The notes: generated by a model not told the origin, from the letters alone. A stretch of DNA of 64,000 bases from Candidatus Babeliales bacterium (GCA_963762115.1 CAVXJH010000006.1:128001-192000); one strand, 5' to 3'. Counted from the stretch's first letter, positions 39,681 to 48,468 are shown. Numbers and translations are program-made.

Positions 39681-41207
39681 ATGAAAAAAATTTTAATTAG
39701 TGCAAACCCTTGGCAAACAAAAATTGCCGTTACCCGTGATGATGAACTACAAAATATCTATTTTTCATCGCATGCAACAGAAAACTTAGAACGCTCATTT
39801 TTTAAAGGTACTATCATCAAGGTGCTTCCGGGTATCCAAACTGCTTTTGTTGATATTGGCCAAGAAAAAGCTGGCTTTTTACACATTTCAGAAATCGATC
39901 GTGAAATGGCTCTTCATAAAATGACAAGTACTGTTGAATTGGATGATGAAGAAACAGCGACTCCTGAACCTGAACGACAATCCTATCAAGCTATGGATAT
40001 TGGCAAAATCCTCAAAGAAGGCGAACCTATCTTAGTGCAGGTCAGCAAAGAACCGGTGTATGAAAAGGGTGCAAAACTCACAACATGCTTCACTCTACCG
40101 GGCAGATTTATCGTGCTTATGCCAAATATTCCTCGCATTGCCATTTCTAAAAAAATTGAAGAACGAGAAGAACGACAACGCTTAAAAGAAATTTTGGCTA
40201 AAAATCTTCCTGAGGGCATGGGAGCAATTATTCGAACAACCTCTGACGGAAGACAAGAAAAAGAAATTGCTCAAGATTTACACTTTTTAGTATCAACCTG
40301 GCAACAGATTGAAAAAAAATACAACGAGGCAGAGCGTAAAGAAAAAATTTATGAAGATTTGCCGCTCACGTTGCAAATTGTGCGCGATCATCTTGATGCT
40401 GATGTGGAAGAAGTTATTTCAGACAATCAACAAAATCAACAAGAAATTTATAAATTTGTAAAAAAAATAGCACCAGAATTTAGTTATAAAATTCATTTTT
40501 TTAGTGGCAATCAAGATCTTTTTGATAAATACACCATCAATCAACAACTGCAGCAGTCATTATCCGAAAAGGTACATTTACGCTCAGGTGGTTCAATTAT
40601 TATTGAAACAACTCAAGCAATGACGGTTATTGACGTGAATACCGGACGCTATATTGGTAAAAGTGACCTAGAAGAAACTATTTTAAAAACAAATCTTGAG
40701 GCAGCTGAAGAGATCACCCGACAATTGAGGCTACGCAATATCGGTGGGCTTATTGTTATTGATTTCATTGATATGTCCTCACCGGCAAATCGACAAAAGT
40801 TATTTAAAACCTTTGAAAGAATGCTCAAAGAACGTGATAAATTTCAATCAGTTGTCTTAAAAATTTCTGAATTTGGCCTTGTACAAATGACCAGAAAACG
40901 TTCAGGCAAAACGCTCATTCAAGAATTAACTGAATCATGCCAAACGTGCAAAGGCCTTGGTTATATTAAAACAATTCAAACAATCTGTTTTAATTTATTA
41001 CCAAATATTAAACAAGCATTATATGCAAATAAAGGACACAATATTCTTACCATTGAACTGCATCCAAGAACATTTGATTATATAACAAACCAAGAATATA
41101 ATTCGATTTTTTATTTTGAGAAAAATTTTGGGTGTAAGCTTATTTTGGAAACAAATGACGAAATGCCACTTGATGAATTTAAGATTGTGCGGGAAGAAAA
41201 AAATTAA
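39681..41207 (+). CDS. rng: Ribonuclease E/G family
   Basis: PGIQTAFVDIG, VQVSKEP, AMTVIDVNTG, RLRNIGGLIVIDFIDM, GLVQMTRKR, CQTCKG. Confidence 0.95.
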   Translation: MKKILISANPWQTKIAVTRDDELQNIYFSSHATENLERSFFKGTIIKVLPGIQTAFVDIGQEKAGFLHISEIDREMALHKMTSTVELDDEETATPEPERQSYQAMDIGKILKEGEPILVQVSKEPVYEKGAKLTTCFTLPGRFIVLMPNIPRIAISKKIEEREERQRLKEILAKNLPEGMGAIIRTTSDGRQEKEIAQDLHFLVSTWQQIEKKYNEAERKEKIYEDLPLTLQIVRDHLDADVEEVISDNQQNQQEIYKFVKKIAPEFSYKIHFFSGNQDLFDKYTINQQLQQSLSEKVHLRSGGSIIIETTQAMTVIDVNTGRYIGKSDLEETILKTNLEAAEEITRQLRLRNIGGLIVIDFIDMSSPANRQKLFKTFERMLKERDKFQSVVLKISEFGLVQMTRKRSGKTLIQELTESCQTCKGLGYIKTIQTICFNLLPNIKQALYANKGHNILTIELHPRTFDYITNQEYNSIFYFEKNFGCKLILETNDEMPLDEFKIVREEKN

Positions 41208-41344
41208 GATCAGCCCCGTAGAGGTGAAGATAGTCCAGCCGTCGCTTATCCACGCCTTCAGGCTTGGCAAGCTTGTATGTTAAATCAAAATGATTTTAAA
41301 GCTAAATTTTGTTAATTTATGATCAGTTGTTTTGAAATTAATTG

Positions 41345-41495
41345 TTTGAGAAGCTGATAGATCTCGTGTCAAGCTTGGTCTCAAAGGACCGTGTCATAGT
41401 TTGAGACTATCAGCTTATACAAAAATGACCTCGAACAATCACTAGAGACGTATCAAGTACATACGATCTCGCATGTCTACAAGCCAGAGGTATTT
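41345..41495 (+). ncRNA. IS110 bridge RNA (target- and donor-binding loops; 5' end may extend to ~41285)
   Basis: Two stem/internal-loop/hairpin modules carrying TGTCAAGCT + GTCATAG (target guides) and ACAATCACT + TACAAG (donor guides). Confidence 0.88.
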
Positions 41496-42437
41496 ATGAA
41501 AAATATATCAAAAGTATTTATAGGTGTCGATATTTCAAAAAACACTTTAGATGTTTATATCCATCCAGTAGGAAAATCTTTAAAAGTATCAAACTCAGAA
41601 GTTGGAATAACGGAGATCATTAAAGAATTAGTTAAATATGATATCGAACAAATTGCATGCGAAGCAACTGGTGGGTATGAAAAATTACTTGCTCGAATAT
41701 TAAAAAAAAATTGTTATTATCTTTGGATCATCGATCCAAGAAGAATAAAAGGCTATATTGTTGCTAGTGGCTGCAAAAGCAAAACGGATAAAATTGATGC
41801 TCGAAAAATTGCTGAATTTGCTTCTAAAAATTCTCCTGATTATGAGATAATGAACAAAAGCGAAAATCAAGAAAAATTACAAGCTTTGGTCAATCGTAAA
41901 AATGACTTGGTAAAATTTTTAGTTGCCGAAAAAACAAGATCTAAACATCCATCTCATGCATTATATGCATCAAGTATAAAGAAATTTATCAAAATCTTAG
42001 AGTGCGAAATCAAATCAATTGATTTAAAGATACAAGATTTAATTCAGCAAGATGAAAAATTAAATACAAAATCAAAAATTTTGGAGTCAATTCCAGGAAT
42101 AGGCAAAACTTCAGCTGCAACATTATTATCATTCGTTCCTGAACTTGGTCAAATAAGTAATAAAAAAGTATCAGCACTCATTGGTGTTTGTCCTTATGAG
42201 AATGAAAGTGGAAGTTATAAGGGTAAAAAATTCATCAGAGGTGGAAGAACTATTCCAAGAAATATGCTTTATATGTGTGCATTAACAACTATTAAATATC
42301 ATCTCCCATTAAAGGAACTTTACGATCGTTTAATAACTTCTAAAAAACCTTTTAAAATAGCTATCGTAGCTATTATGCATAAACTTATTGTGATTGCTAA
42401 TTCTTTACTAAAAAAAGGTGAATTATGTAAAGCTTAA
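41496..42437 (+). CDS. IS110 family DEDD recombinase/transposase
   Basis: GVDISK, CEATGGYE, KTDKIDA, SIPGIG, ENESG catalytic Ser loop, RGGR. Confidence 0.97.
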   Translation: MKNISKVFIGVDISKNTLDVYIHPVGKSLKVSNSEVGITEIIKELVKYDIEQIACEATGGYEKLLARILKKNCYYLWIIDPRRIKGYIVASGCKSKTDKIDARKIAEFASKNSPDYEIMNKSENQEKLQALVNRKNDLVKFLVAEKTRSKHPSHALYASSIKKFIKILECEIKSIDLKIQDLIQQDEKLNTKSKILESIPGIGKTSAATLLSFVPELGQISNKKVSALIGVCPYENESGSYKGKKFIRGGRTIPRNMLYMCALTTIKYHLPLKELYDRLITSKKPFKIAIVAIMHKLIVIANSLLKKGELCKA

Positions 42438-42566
42438 TATTGTTTAGCTTTATTAAAAAATATTTGACTTTTAACACAATCACTATGGCGGACAGCTTTC
42501 GCAGACATTTTCTTATCATAAATCATTTAAAAAAATGGCCACGCCAGCTGAAGCCTTGGCGAAAGC

Positions 42567-43022
42567 TGGTGGAGGCGATGGGAATCGAACCCATGTCCGC
42601 ATCATGTCGGACCCAAGGCGCTACATGCTTAGTTTTCGAATATACAAACGATAACCCTCAAAAACAAAAGATGAAATCGTAGGTTAGTTGCGTGATATTC
42701 TTTTGATTACCCAGCTAAGAAGTCTAACAAAAGAATCTTATCTGATATTATACGTGTCAGCTCAACTGATAAGCACGCCTCGCTGACAAGATCAAACAGA
42801 GGTATTAGCAATAGCCAACTACAGAAGATACTTCACTGAAAGCGTTTCTAAAAACGTTTTGAGCTGTAAATACCACTTCATTAGCTAATGTTTTAACTCT
42901 GGTTGATAGACCAATATTTTGATCTGCATTTATTGTTTTTGACCACTTTTTTTACGAGATCTCAGTCAAAACTCGACATGCTCCTTGCGTCATCTATAAC
43001 ACGTCGAAACCTGGACGCCCCC
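42567..43022 (-). ncRNA. ssrA: tmRNA (456 nt)
   Basis: 5' GGGGGCG..GGTTTCGAC and 3' GGGTTCGATTCCCATCGCCTCCACCA forming an Ala-type acceptor stem with G3-U; internal ATAAAT-GCA resume context. Confidence 0.95.
42805..42927 (-). CDS. tmRNA tag reading frame ADQNIGLSTRVKTLANEVVFTAQNVFRNAFSEVSSVVGYC
   Basis: GCA resume codon after ACAATAAAT, 40 codons to TAA. Confidence 0.75.
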   Translation of the reverse strand, partial: ADQNIGLSTRVKTLANEVVFTAQNVFRNAFSEVSSVVGYC

Positions 43023-43142
43023 AAAAATTTCAAAGAAATCTTAATTTTTCATTTCTAATTGTAATGTTTATAGGGTGTTTTGTCAAGTATGCTTTAGCAA
43101 GCTACTAATTTTTTGATTAAAAAGATAGGCGCTTAATTTTAA

Positions 43143-43790
43143 CTATTTTTCTTTCTTCCGAGCTTCATAAACCTGACGGAATTTATCGAGAAAAGTTTCA
43201 TGGGACATTTTTTTTGTAATAAAAGACCAGGTAACATGATCTTCTTCATTTTTAACTTTTTTACCTTCTGTTTGCTCATCAAAAACAATATCAGAATCAA
43301 AACCATACATATTTTCAAATTTTTTGACTTGATCTGAACCTTCAAGGATAATTTCGGTTTCTATATGATCAAGATCACCTTGTTCATCAAAATAAATTTT
43401 ACTAAAAAACTCACTAAAATCTGCCAACTTAGAATGAAATTTATCAATAAAAACTGAGCAGGATTGACTTGGGATCGGTTTTTTAGTCGAATTCATTATT
43501 TGCCATTTTACATTATCATCAGGATTATCTGAAGGCCTCGTCCTAAACCTCAGCACTCCATCTTCTGTAAAACATTTCGGTTTTCGTTCAGTAAAATATT
43601 CCGATTTTCTTATAAAAGCACCTAAATAGTTACTCCATTGATATCTATCACTCCAATATAAATTATGAAAAATTAAAGCATTAGTTATTGATGAACCAGC
43701 CAACTGAAGTTTAGACCTTACCTGTTTCTCTTCCATTGCATTCATTGCTGGAACAATTAAAAAACTGAGCAAAAATAGTATTTTTTTCAT
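43143..43790 (-). CDS. Secreted hypothetical protein
   Basis: MKKILFLL signal peptide, AMNA|MEE. Confidence 0.75.
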   Translation of the reverse strand: MKKILFLLSFLIVPAMNAMEEKQVRSKLQLAGSSITNALIFHNLYWSDRYQWSNYLGAFIRKSEYFTERKPKCFTEDGVLRFRTRPSDNPDDNVKWQIMNSTKKPIPSQSCSVFIDKFHSKLADFSEFFSKIYFDEQGDLDHIETEIILEGSDQVKKFENMYGFDSDIVFDEQTEGKKVKNEEDHVTWSFITKKMSHETFLDKFRQVYEARKKEK

Positions 43791-43865
43791 AACTAACTCA
43801 TAATATGACGGAAACATTACAACAAATATTTTATCTCAATCATTATAAAGAACACGGAATAAAAA

Positions 43866-44396
43866 ATGAAATCATCGTTATTATTTCTTTTTCTCATTAT
43901 TTTGCCAGGCTGCTCAATAAATAAACAACAAGAAACTTCTGAAAATAAAATTTCTGTTGAAGTATATGATCTTAACAAATCAACTGATATAATAATTTCA
44001 TTATTAAAAAAAGATGAGTTAAAAACAATTTTAGCCGAATCAGGTCAGGATCGAGAGGGTATAGATACATTAATTAAAAATTTTAGCCCATCAGAAATGG
44101 CTTTTGAAGCAGAAATCTTAAATCATAAAAATCCTGTAGTTTTATTATTTTATGATCCTAATGAAAATAACACTGAGATAATCGAACTATTAGCAGAGCT
44201 TGCAAAAAAATATGAAAATTCTCTAAAATTTATAAAAATTGATACAAAGAAATTATTTAGAGTTACTCAAAAAAGTGAAGTTGATATATTGCCAACCGTT
44301 ATGGTTATTCATAACCGCAATGAACTTGGCCGCCTCGAAAATCCGATAATAACAACCTTAGAAGATGAATTGCAAAAAATAATAACCGCAGATTAG
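43866..44396 (+). CDS. Lipoprotein with thioredoxin-like fold lacking CxxC
   Basis: Lipobox LPGC; PVVLLFYDP, LKFIKID, ILPTV; no active-site cysteines. Confidence 0.7.
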   Translation: MKSSLLFLFLIILPGCSINKQQETSENKISVEVYDLNKSTDIIISLLKKDELKTILAESGQDREGIDTLIKNFSPSEMAFEAEILNHKNPVVLLFYDPNENNTEIIELLAELAKKYENSLKFIKIDTKKLFRVTQKSEVDILPTVMVIHNRNELGRLENPIITTLEDELQKIITAD

Positions 44397-44440
44397 ATTT
44401 TTTATGATTTCTGCTATAATTAAAAAATAAAATTTATTAA

Positions 44441-44545
44441 CTGGATCCTCCTTCGCTTCTCCAGGCCTTCCTACTTCGCTCCTACGGAGCTACGAAGGAT
44501 AAATCAGGCTTGGCAAGCTACGGCGGACAGGTCCCCACGATGACA
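44441..44545. repeat. Triple-nested palindromic repeat; contains an empty IS110 target
   Basis: CTGGATCC[CCTTCGC..(CTACTTCGC..GCTACGAAGG)..TGGCAAGCTACGGCGGACAGG]..GATGACA. Confidence 0.8.
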
Positions 44546-44574
44546 TAACGTAGTTGTGAATACAAGGAATAATA

Positions 44575-46035
44575 ATGGCAGAACAATCTTCAGTTTTAAA
44601 TACCTACCCTGATTATGAATGCGTTATTGGCATTGAAGTTCATGTTCAATTAAACACAAAAAGTAAAATTTTTTGCTCATGTTCCAATGAACAATCAACT
44701 GAACAAAATAAAAATATCTGCCAGATATGCGCAGGATATCCAGGCGTCTTGCCCGTATTAAATAAACAGGTTGTTCATAATGGAATTATGGCTGGGCTGG
44801 CAACACATTCAACGATTTCTCCCGTTTCGGAATTTGCTCGAAAGCATTATTTTTATCCTGATCTTCCAAAAAATTATCAAGTGACTCAAAGCGATCGGCC
44901 AATTTGTCTTGATGGGTATATTCCTATCACCCTAGAAGATGGCACCATAAAAAATGTTCGCCTTATTCGTATTCACATGGAAGAAGATGCCGGAAAAAAT
45001 ATTCATGCTCCGACAACAAATGAAAGTTTCGTAGATCTCAATCGTACCGGCACCCCACTTCTTGAAATTGTCAGTCACCCCGATATTGCCAATGCAGCCG
45101 AAGCAAAAGCATATTTAAAAGCATTACGTCTTATTGTTATGTATTTGCGCATCTCAACAGGCAACATGCAAGAAGGTTCATTCAGAGCGGACACCAATAT
45201 TTCTGTGCGCAAAAAGGGTGATCCAAAATTGGGTACTCGAGCTGAATTAAAAAATATCAACTCATTCAAATTTATTGGTGATGCTATTGAATATGAAATT
45301 CAACGGCAAATAGAATTGCTCGAATCAGGCCAAAAAGTCCGTCAAGAGACACGTTTATGGGATGTTAAGGAGCAATGCTCAAAGCCGATGCGCTCCAAAG
45401 AAGAAGCGGCAGATTATCGTTATTTTGAAGATCCTGATTTGCCTCTTGTTGAAATTACTGAGGAAATGATTTCGCGCGTCAAAGAAATAATGCCAGAACT
45501 ACCCCAACAACGCTTCGAGCGCTATGTTAATATGCTTGGCATTTCGGCTTATGAAGCAGACGTGTTAATTGAAGATTTGGAATTGTGCATGTATTTCGAA
45601 GAAGCATTAAAACATACCTCCAGCAAACAACTCATTAACTGGGTGTTACGCGATATCATGGGTCTTATCAAAAATGAAAAAATTTCGTTAGCTGAATGCA
45701 AAATAACTCCTGAAAAATTAGCACAATTAGTTGCTTTAATTGATCAGGGCATTATTAATAACCGTACAGCACAAGAAATCTTTGCCATTATTGCTAAAAC
45801 AGGCCAAAATCCTGAAGAAGTTGTCAAAGAAAAAGGCTTACAACAAATTGGTTCAACAGAAGAATTAGAAAAAATTGTCAAAGAAATTATTGCGCAAAAT
45901 CCTGGTAACGTTGCTGAATATAAGGCGGGTAAAGAAAAATTATTTGGCTTCTTTGTTGGGCAAGCAATGAGTAAGTCACAAGGAAAAGCGAATCCTAAGA
46001 TTCTTCAAGAATTGTTGAAAAAGTATTTACAATAA
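44575..46035 (+). CDS. gatB: Asp-tRNA(Asn)/Glu-tRNA(Gln) amidotransferase subunit B
   Basis: IGIEVHVQL, RKHYFYPDLPKNYQ, HMEEDAGK, RSKEEAADYRYF. Confidence 0.98.
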   Translation: MAEQSSVLNTYPDYECVIGIEVHVQLNTKSKIFCSCSNEQSTEQNKNICQICAGYPGVLPVLNKQVVHNGIMAGLATHSTISPVSEFARKHYFYPDLPKNYQVTQSDRPICLDGYIPITLEDGTIKNVRLIRIHMEEDAGKNIHAPTTNESFVDLNRTGTPLLEIVSHPDIANAAEAKAYLKALRLIVMYLRISTGNMQEGSFRADTNISVRKKGDPKLGTRAELKNINSFKFIGDAIEYEIQRQIELLESGQKVRQETRLWDVKEQCSKPMRSKEEAADYRYFEDPDLPLVEITEEMISRVKEIMPELPQQRFERYVNMLGISAYEADVLIEDLELCMYFEEALKHTSSKQLINWVLRDIMGLIKNEKISLAECKITPEKLAQLVALIDQGIINNRTAQEIFAIIAKTGQNPEEVVKEKGLQQIGSTEELEKIVKEIIAQNPGNVAEYKAGKEKLFGFFVGQAMSKSQGKANPKILQELLKKYLQ

Positions 46036-46038
46036 TAT

Positions 46039-46293
46039 TTACCATAACACACAAGAATCACAACAGGGACAAATGTTTTGTTTTTCATATGATTGAATTT
46101 TGGCTAAATATTTTTTAGATTTTTTAAGTGTTTTTCGCAATCTTAGACTTTCTTGATAATCTCTTTGCAATGCTTGGGCAAGTGGATAATTACTTTCCGC
46201 CGCCAATTGCACAGAAGTTTTTGACTGTTGCATAGCATGCAATGAAAATGAAAATAATGTCATCATAAAACATGCCGCTAGTTTTTTTATCAT
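46039..46293 (-). CDS. Small secreted hypothetical protein, Cys-rich C-terminus
   Basis: Signal peptide SLHA|MQQ; ends CPCCDSCVLW. Confidence 0.6.
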   Translation of the reverse strand: MIKKLAACFMMTLFSFSLHAMQQSKTSVQLAAESNYPLAQALQRDYQESLRLRKTLKKSKKYLAKIQSYEKQNICPCCDSCVLW

Positions 46294-46306
46294 AAATGTC
46301 CCTTAT

Positions 46307-46822
46307 CTATACGCTTTTCAATTCTTGAAAATACGGTCTCAATTTTGTATATAATGCATATAAATCTATTGAAATTTGTTTAGTATCAGCAAGAGTAACC
46401 ATAAAATTAGTATCTCCAATCCAACGCGGTAAAACATGCATATGAACATGAGCAGGAATGCCAGCACCAGATGCTCTGCCCAAATTAAGACCAACATTGA
46501 TGCCTTGCGCATGCAAAACATCATGCATAATTTGTGTACTCTGCGTTACTACTTCCATCATTTCAAAACGAACATCAGCAGATAATCCACTTAATGAATT
46601 ACAATGCTCAATTGGCAAAATTAATAAATGTCCACCATTATAAGGATACAAATTAAGCATCACGATAACATGTTTAAATCGACGCAAAATGAAATATTTT
46701 TCATCTTGCGTGTCAGCAATTTGCAAACAAAAAACACACGTATCTGCCGTCATATTTTCATGTCTTTCTTGATCTAATGTTGTTGTATAGTTATTTCTCC
46801 ATGGTGCATATAAACGATCCAT
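46307..46822 (-). CDS. HIT-family hydrolase (Ap4A phosphorylase-like)
   Basis: LYAPWR, CVFC, NLYPYNGGH, HVHMHVLPRW..D.NF. Confidence 0.92.
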   Translation of the reverse strand: MDRLYAPWRNNYTTTLDQERHENMTADTCVFCLQIADTQDEKYFILRRFKHVIVMLNLYPYNGGHLLILPIEHCNSLSGLSADVRFEMMEVVTQSTQIMHDVLHAQGINVGLNLGRASGAGIPAHVHMHVLPRWIGDTNFMVTLADTKQISIDLYALYTKLRPYFQELKSV

Positions 46823-46826
46823 GTTG

Positions 46827-48317
46827 TTATTTTCCTGTCAGAATTTTTAGGTGTGGTTTTTTATCAAATACCCAAAACCACCATGTTAAGGTGAGAATAA
46901 TCATGAGCGGTTCAACAGGCATACGTAATCGAGCATACCCGAAACCGCCTGTCATGAATACTAACCCACCAATAAAAAAGCCAGTTTTTAACCATAGCGA
47001 TCGATAAAATTGTGTGTTAAGTGAAGCTTCATTAGTTGAAAATAACGGTTTAATCAAAAAGAGCCATATACCCCCAAATAAACCTAGCCAAAACCACACT
47101 AAAAAGAAAAATTCAAGCCAACAAAAAAAACCAAGAAATGGCGGCATATTTTGTGTAAATAACCACAAATTAATTTTTTCCAATAAAAATTCTTCGGGTG
47201 GATCATAAGAAAAACTATTATTGGCAAAAGCAACTAATTGGCTGGCATAAGGATCAAAAATAGTTTTTAAAACTTCTTTTATCCAATCATACATAAAATA
47301 AAAAGGGTGAGCCTTGATAATTGGCCATGCAATTTTTGAACATATCAATTCACGCGCAAGATATAGATGTGGTGCTTGCGTTTTTAAACGAGCTGTTTCA
47401 AGAGTTGTTTCTTGCACAACATGGTTCATCAAATATCTCATACAATCAAGCAAAGGCTTTCCTGTTAAAGAACGTAAAATTTTGGGCGCACAAAATGTTT
47501 GCAAATAAGCACCCGTCATTGGGCAGAAAAAAAGATGTCCTGTTAATTGATAGTTTCGAACATACCAACCCCCAATAATGGCAAAAAATAACATTAAAAA
47601 TAAAATAATTTTCTTTGCTTTTATGCGCCAAGCACATGCTCCTAACAAAAGAATAAACGTTGCTACAAGAACCGTAAACTGACCATTCGGTCGCAACCAT
47701 GTATATAACCCCAAAAAGAATGCTGCTAATAAAATATCAGCAATCATTGATTGGGAAGTGAGTATATGTATGATAGGTTCGCCAAGTAACCTGAAGCTAC
47801 GATAAAAGAAAATATAAAAAAGTAACAACAATACCGTTGCAAGAGCATCAGAGAGAATGTAACAACTAGCCAAAACAAAACCACCATGAAAAACAGCAAT
47901 CCAGGCAGCTACCCATGCAAGCATTAATGATTGTGCCAAATATAACGCCAAAAAAAAGAGTAAGATTGGTATCGTTGAACAAATAATAATCTGCACCCAA
48001 ATTGATGCCTCCAAAGCTTTCTTGTTTTGCATAAAATCAAAACCTTGTGGGCCAAAAAGAGAATAAAAAATACTTAAATATACAGGATACCCCGGCGTTC
48101 GCCAGAAAATTGGATAAGCATTATCAGGGCGCTGCATACCACGACCCATGGCAAGAGAATGTGCACAATAATGGTAATCACGTGAATCTGGTTGTAAATA
48201 ATAACCATGTGGCGCAATATAGCAACCAAAGACAAGAGCACGGACAATAACCGCTACAATAAAAATTAAGCTTAAATGATGCCAACGATTTTTTAATGAA
48301 AATGGTAGAAAACTCAT
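46827..48317 (-). CDS. Polytopic membrane glycosyltransferase (GT-C / ArnT-PMT-like)
   Basis: PDSRDY, RTPGYP, ILSDAL, LRP, W.VRNY, ARLRMP; many TM segments. Confidence 0.7.
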   Translation of the reverse strand: MSFLPFSLKNRWHHLSLIFIVAVIVRALVFGCYIAPHGYYLQPDSRDYHYCAHSLAMGRGMQRPDNAYPIFWRTPGYPVYLSIFYSLFGPQGFDFMQNKKALEASIWVQIIICSTIPILLFFLALYLAQSLMLAWVAAWIAVFHGGFVLASCYILSDALATVLLLLFYIFFYRSFRLLGEPIIHILTSQSMIADILLAAFFLGLYTWLRPNGQFTVLVATFILLLGACAWRIKAKKIILFLMLFFAIIGGWYVRNYQLTGHLFFCPMTGAYLQTFCAPKILRSLTGKPLLDCMRYLMNHVVQETTLETARLKTQAPHLYLARELICSKIAWPIIKAHPFYFMYDWIKEVLKTIFDPYASQLVAFANNSFSYDPPEEFLLEKINLWLFTQNMPPFLGFFCWLEFFFLVWFWLGLFGGIWLFLIKPLFSTNEASLNTQFYRSLWLKTGFFIGGLVFMTGGFGYARLRMPVEPLMIILTLTWWFWVFDKKPHLKILTGK

Positions 48318-48399
48318 ACAATTCCTTTTTTAGTCATTTTTTTATGAGAGCTTAAAACAACTTATAGTATTTGCCAAGAATAACTCGATAAAATTTATA

Positions 48400-48456
48400 T
48401 TGACTTTTGCAAGAAAATTGAATTATAATGCAAATATAAGCGAATAACTATTCAAA
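48400..48456 (+). promoter_or_regulatory. sigma70 promoter overlapped by two ARG boxes
   Basis: TTGACT-18-TATAAT; TGAATTATAATGCA and CGAATAACTATTCA match TGAAT-N4-ATTCA. Confidence 0.8.
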
Positions 48457-48468
48457 AAAGAGTTGTTT

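Larger units (their letters stand above)
41272..42484 (+). mobile_element. Complete IS110-family element bounded by CT cores
   Basis: CT at 41272-73 and 42483-84; removing the element restores TCAGGCTTGGCAAG-CT-ATGGCGGACAG, which matches the uninterrupted copy at 44504-44530. Confidence 0.92.

Noticed and set aside
41019..41270. 83-aa minus-strand ORF next to the IS
   Set aside because: It overlaps the rne/rng 3' end and the target repeat; no coding evidence.
42440..42682. 80-aa ORF after the transposase
   Set aside because: It spans the IS end, a repeat and the antisense of the tmRNA 3' end.
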